Below are positions 59,790 to 64,000 of a DNA stretch of 64,000 bases, piece by piece (the stretch's first letter is position 1; every line of letters begins with the position of its first letter). The notes under the pieces are model-generated. The model made no database searches and was not told the origin of the DNA. It was given only the letters and a program-made list of their open reading frames with translations. Position numbers and translations under genes: made by a program. The DNA is from Negativicutes bacterium (GTDB taxonomy: Bacteria; Bacillota; Negativicutes; UBA1444), in NCBI GenBank assembly GCA_963665275.2, contig CAXXIN010000001.1:1-64000 (forward strand). The letters run 5' to 3'.

Positions 59790-61606
59790 TTTCAGCGACA
59801 AGAGCGCGAAATCTTTTCAAACATATGATGCACGGCTGCGTGTTCTGCGAAGTTGTGATTGATTCGACCGAGAAAGCGGTGGGCTATTCTATAATTGCCC
59901 ATAATGATGCCATGATTGCCCTTGTTGGCAATGATGCTGCAGGGAATGACGATCGTGCCGTTAAAGATTTTTTTGATGAAATTAATTTGTTATCTGTGTT
60001 TGAAGAAGTTCGCGGCGACAGCGAATATGTGGCCTGGGAACAGTACTTATCGATGCGGCAAAAATGGTATTCCATTTCCGCGTTTAGTACGGAACCGCAG
60101 GCCATTGTTTTAATGGTTGAAGACATTTCAGAACGAAAACAACTGGCATCAAAGCTGGAAGAAGATCGAAAACGCTATGAGGCATTATTGAAGCAGTCCT
60201 CGGATGCGATTGCCCTTGTAGATGCAGTGTCAACCAAGATTATCGATGTGAATTCTCGTTTGTGCGAGATATCGGGTTACAGTGAACAAGAACTATTTAA
60301 CATGAATATCTATCAGTTGCTCGCAGATCCTACCCATAACATCACTGAATGCCAGAGCGAATTGGCAAGTAATCGCTGTTTGCCAGCCGCAACGAGGTGG
60401 ATTAAGTGCAAGGATGGCTCAACCATAGAGGTTGAACGAGTGGGGTCACTGATAGATAATAACGCAAAAATGTTGGAACTGCTGACATTCTACGATGTCA
60501 GTGAGGAACGAAGACTACAACAAATTATCAATGAAGAAGCGGTTCTGGCGAGTCAGGTACAGCGCCGGATGCTACCCCGGAATTTTCAAAACGACGTTCT
60601 TGAAATCGCAGGGATCTATAAACCCTTGCATATGGTAAGCGGAGATTTTTTTGATTATCGATTTTCTGCGGACCACAAAACATTGACCGGCTTTCTAGTG
60701 GATGTAGCTGGTCATGGCTTAGCGACCGCGCTGCAAACAGCGGCAATCAATGTGTTGCTTCAGGACGTTATTATTCACGAAAAAATGCCGACAACGAATG
60801 AACTGCAAGTACTGAACAACAAAACGAGGGCCTATTTTAACGAAAGTGATTTCGCGGCACTGATCATCTTTCATTTTGATTTTGAGAAAAACATTCTTTC
60901 ATGCGCTTGTTGCGGAATCAATCAAATTTTGACTTTTTGCAGAGAAAAACGGGGCTGGGTGAAAGCCAAAGGAAGTTTCATAGGTGCATTTGATGATCCG
61001 GTATTTGATGTCGTTAGCATTCCTCTACAGTCTGGCGATTGCTTTTATTTTCTTACTGATGGGCTGAGCGATAAATTGAATGAGACGGTGTGCAACGATC
61101 TTTGTAACTTTCACTTCGTATTAGGATACTTAACTGATTTGGCCGGATCTTCGGTCGTGCAGGACGATTGTTCGGCTGTTTGCATCAATATTAAAAAGGT
61201 GACTCGCCATTGTCGCTATGATTTTGCGGGGATGGACGATGTGGAGAAGTTGCAAAAGATTATACGGCATCAATTGGAAAATATAGCAGGAAATCATGCG
61301 TTGCACTTGGAAATCGCATTAAATGAGGCTATCAATAACGTTTTGTTGCACGGCTCAGGGGAAGGCTGTTTTACAATCAAACGCATTAGACGACGAATCA
61401 TATTGAGGATAAAAGATGCTTGGCAAGGATTTGACGTGCGATCCGCTTTGCATCCGTTTGAAAGCGAATCGACGGGGAAAATTGCTGAGCGGGTATTGTC
61501 AAGTGAAACTGGCCGGGGATATCTCATTATGAAACTCTTTACGGATATGGTTTATTATAATCGCAACGGCAGTGAAGTAATGCTTGTCTATCGCTCGGAT
61601 ATATAA
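59786..61606 (+). CDS. PAS-PAS-PP2C(SpoIIE)-HATPase (anti-sigma kinase) fusion
   Basis: VSGDFF, DVAGHG, TDGL, QDD; then ALNEAINN..HG, D..QGFD, GRGYLIM. Confidence 0.85.
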   Translation: MISATRARNLFKHMMHGCVFCEVVIDSTEKAVGYSIIAHNDAMIALVGNDAAGNDDRAVKDFFDEINLLSVFEEVRGDSEYVAWEQYLSMRQKWYSISAFSTEPQAIVLMVEDISERKQLASKLEEDRKRYEALLKQSSDAIALVDAVSTKIIDVNSRLCEISGYSEQELFNMNIYQLLADPTHNITECQSELASNRCLPAATRWIKCKDGSTIEVERVGSLIDNNAKMLELLTFYDVSEERRLQQIINEEAVLASQVQRRMLPRNFQNDVLEIAGIYKPLHMVSGDFFDYRFSADHKTLTGFLVDVAGHGLATALQTAAINVLLQDVIIHEKMPTTNELQVLNNKTRAYFNESDFAALIIFHFDFEKNILSCACCGINQILTFCREKRGWVKAKGSFIGAFDDPVFDVVSIPLQSGDCFYFLTDGLSDKLNETVCNDLCNFHFVLGYLTDLAGSSVVQDDCSAVCINIKKVTRHCRYDFAGMDDVEKLQKIIRHQLENIAGNHALHLEIALNEAINNVLLHGSGEGCFTIKRIRRRIILRIKDAWQGFDVRSALHPFESESTGKIAERVLSSETGRGYLIMKLFTDMVYYNRNGSEVMLVYRSDI

Positions 61607-61782
61607 GGCAGAAGTGCTTTTGTATGTATACTGTTGATCCAATACGAGTTCTCCATGAAGGGCGGCGTGAAATTGAACAAACTAACTAGTCCCTCTGATT
61701 TGCTGCGGCATTTCGGAGGGATTTGTTATGGAAATGTTAAGGTTGGGTTGAGGGATGTCTGTGTTTTCAAGTATTTTCCTGT

Positions 61783-61824
61783 ACCGTCGAAGCCTTTATT
61801 TTATTGGCTCGACGGTCTTTTTTT
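61783..61824 (+). terminator. Terminator-like hairpin
   Basis: ACCGTCGAAGCC...GGCTCGACGGT followed by CTTTTTTT. Confidence 0.55.
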
Positions 61825-62252
61825 GTCTCTGCTGTATTCTTGCGTTTTGTCCTGTGTTTTGGCGGTTTTGGTATTTGTTTTGGTACTTGGAATTTTGATG
61901 AATCTGGTTTTGTCCAGATTCATCATGTTGCTGTTGTAAATTTTATAAAGGATCAGTGAGACCCCTGCATGCGTCCATTCAAATTGCGCTTGTCGGGCAT
62001 GATGGAGTAGGCTGTCATACGTTTACGGAAGCGGTCGATACGAGAACTCATAGGAAGAACTGTAGAATAATGAAATTCCGATTGAATAATCGGATAAGTG
62101 CTTTTGTTGAAAATAATTTTCTCTAAAAGCAGGATTTTATTTTTTTGCACAGAAGTGCGATAATATGATATAGAAAGATTTGCAGTTTAATGATTGTTGT
62201 GGTAATATAAACAATTCGTCAAGAGTTTAATTTTCCGAAGGGATGGATTAAA

Positions 62253-62909
62253 ATGAATAAAGCAATTGATTTTGCAAGATGGTTTATTAAAAACGGGTGT
62301 GATTGGCCCAGGAACAGTCGTGATGGGAATATGCGTTTGCAAAAAATACTGTATTTTTCACAACTAATTCATTTAGCAAGAACCGGAGAAGTGCTTTTTG
62401 AAGACCCGATATTTGCCTTTCAGAATGGATCAGTTATTGAAGACGTGCGATTAGCTTACAAAGAAAATTTTGTATTATTAATTGAGGAATCTCTTTCGTT
62501 TAATCCACAATTTACTTCAGAGCAAGAGAAAACGATACAAACTACTGAAACGCTTTTTTGTGATTTAAGAGCAAAAGAATTGTCTGACCTAAACCATTTG
62601 CATCATTCATGGAAAAATGCTTTCGAAAAATCATGTATGTATGGAAGCCCTCAAAAAAGCTTAAGTACGATATCAGTAGATGATATTAAACTTTACGATT
62701 TGGAAAAAATTAAAGAGATGCTGGTTGCTTATGACATGGCAAAAGGGCAAAGTGAAACTTTTGAGGTGATTAACGGAAGTAAGTTTTACTATAATCCTTC
62801 AGAGTTAACTTTGACGGAAGAAATTTTGGAAACTTTAGAATCATATAGCGGAAATGGAGAGTCCTATTCAATATATATAGACGAGACGCTCGGGATGGTA
62901 GTATCTTAA
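62253..62909 (+). CDS. Panacea (DUF4065/SocA/GepA) antitoxin with C-terminal extension
   Basis: ARWFI...MRLQKILYFSQ...LFEDPIFAFQNGSVI...ELSDLNH...W pattern. Confidence 0.8.
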   Translation: MNKAIDFARWFIKNGCDWPRNSRDGNMRLQKILYFSQLIHLARTGEVLFEDPIFAFQNGSVIEDVRLAYKENFVLLIEESLSFNPQFTSEQEKTIQTTETLFCDLRAKELSDLNHLHHSWKNAFEKSCMYGSPQKSLSTISVDDIKLYDLEKIKEMLVAYDMAKGQSETFEVINGSKFYYNPSELTLTEEILETLESYSGNGESYSIYIDETLGMVVS

Positions 62910-62910
62910 A

Positions 62911-63330
62911 ATGATTATAATTCCTGGGAATGGAGTGGGAATTATTGTCCCCTCTTTTGCTACTGGAAAAGGGACGGCTTATCCAAGGACTCTTTTGGTA
63001 ATCGACACTAATCCTGGTTTAAGACAGTTCACTTTATTAAATGTGTCTTCAGTAAAAGGGAAAGAACATAAAATATTGTGGCCATCAAATGAACCTCTAA
63101 CTTGCTTTAATCCTCCATTTCGCGTTCCGTCTTTCGTTAAACTAGATGAAATGTATACTTTTGATTATTTTCCAAAGTTTGATAAGGCTGTTTTTTCATC
63201 CGGGGTCTTAATTGCGAGCGAGTTGGAAAGAATACAAAAAAAGTTTGCGGAATTTAGCTTAGCGAGCCGCGTCATGAGGGTCAATTTTTCGGAAACGGAT
63301 ATAAAAAATTCGAACCCGCAGCTCGTTTGA
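62911..63330 (+). CDS. Putative toxin, PemK/MazF-like fold
   Basis: RTLLVI...LLNVSS...PSFVKLD pattern; starts 1 nt after the Panacea stop codon. Confidence 0.55.
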   Translation: MIIIPGNGVGIIVPSFATGKGTAYPRTLLVIDTNPGLRQFTLLNVSSVKGKEHKILWPSNEPLTCFNPPFRVPSFVKLDEMYTFDYFPKFDKAVFSSGVLIASELERIQKKFAEFSLASRVMRVNFSETDIKNSNPQLV

Positions 63331-63347
63331 TGTTTCCTTTACCCATC

Positions 63348-63386
63348 AGCTCCCTTCTGCATATGATGTCGGAGGGGGCTTTTTTT
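63348..63386 (+). terminator. Terminator after the TA pair
   Basis: AGCTCCCTTCTGCAT...ATGTCGGAGGGGGCT followed by a T-tract. Confidence 0.6.
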
Positions 63387-63641
63387 CTCCTAAAAAGTCT
63401 CCAAAGGGTGTATTAACCATATCTAACAACATAAATAGTTTCAAGCCCTCCGGCATCAGCCGGAGGGCTTATTGTGTTATGGCAGGAAACCGGCGGTGTT
63501 CCCCACTGGCCAATTGCGTTGATCCTGTTGCATGAGGCGGCAGCGTTGACATTTTTTTTGCGGCAGGAAAAGAATGGATGGTGAAGAATATGAAATTGAA
63601 ACAATGCTGTTATGCAGTCAAAAACAGATTTGGAGGTTTCG

Positions 63642-64000
63642 ATGTTTACAATCTATGCTCCAAGAAGTGGCGCGCCAAGCTTTGAGCTGCTTGGAATGGC
63701 TATGCCTAATGATGATTGGCAAAAAGCAAAATGTAATTTAATCGATCTTTTACGGGCAGAAAAGAAAGGGGATTCTGCTGATTTTCTGGAAAAATATCCA
63801 TTTGAAATTATGCAGGGAACAAATACTTTTATGGATGAGTTTTTTGTCTTGCATTTTTACGCACCAATACCGCAATACATTCAGCTTAAAAAGGAAGCAC
63901 ATGCCCCGTCAAGCTTGAAATACGAGAATATTGTCAAGGCATTTGAAGAATTAGAAGTTGGATATCTAAGATTTATTGCAGCAAGTTTAGAAACTAATGA
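63642..64000 (+). CDS. 5' part of an AT-rich hypothetical gene, truncated (possible defence protein)
   Basis: GGAGG RBS, ATG 63642, open to the window end: MFTIYAPRSGAPSFELLG...YPFEIMQGTNTFMDEFFVL...; absent from the ORF track because it has no stop. Confidence 0.65.
   Translation, partial: MFTIYAPRSGAPSFELLGMAMPNDDWQKAKCNLIDLLRAEKKGDSADFLEKYPFEIMQGTNTFMDEFFVLHFYAPIPQYIQLKKEAHAPSSLKYENIVKAFEELEVGYLRFIAASLETN

Noticed and set aside
61634-62150. ORFs 61634-61939 (+) and 61953-62150 (-)
   Set aside because: TTG starts without a clear RBS; the first runs through a terminator and T-rich repeats that mimic hydrophobic sequence
62129-62155. Sigma-H-like promoter GCAGGATTTT...AGAAG before the TA pair
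   Set aside because: Plausible, but too short and degenerate in AT-rich DNA to support
1-64000. CRISPR array, tRNA, rRNA, known riboswitch classes
   Set aside because: I recognised no repeat-spacer periodicity or matching consensus by eye; a covariance-model scan was not possible

Overview
A 64 kb chromosomal segment from an anaerobic Firmicute; the gene content is consistent with Negativicutes/Sporomusaceae, which is an inference. The dominant structure is a ~42 kb phosphate-starvation cluster (4-46 kb). At nine promoters I can read PhoP-type TTAACA-like hexamers on an exact 11-bp period, each followed by a -10-like hexamer starting exactly 26 nt after a box start. These promoters precede pstB-phoU, an EAL-CBS-GGDEF gene, a Zn-dependent phospholipase C, a glycolipid (MGDG/UgtP-type) synthase, a Ugp-type ABC operon, a membrane-sensor/CheA-like kinase-CheY-MshEN/CheX module, the aminoethylphosphonate ABC-phnW-phnX-pbfA operon, phoA-yibE/F and mgsA. 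Also present are an intact IS256 with an 8-bp target duplication upstream of phoP, an orphan kdpDE and an M20 peptidase-YjiH/YjiG locus. Further along come a sigma54-driven 3-hydroxybutyrate/acetoacetate operon and an MCP-STAS-GGDEF/HD-GYP-PP2C/anti-sigma-kinase operon behind a structured leader. An AT-rich end carries a Panacea/MazF-like toxin-antitoxin pair. Several genes between 5.6 and 18.3 kb carry single-base frameshifts that look like assembly errors. I recognised no tRNA, rRNA or CRISPR array. All assignments come from reading motifs by eye; no searches were run.
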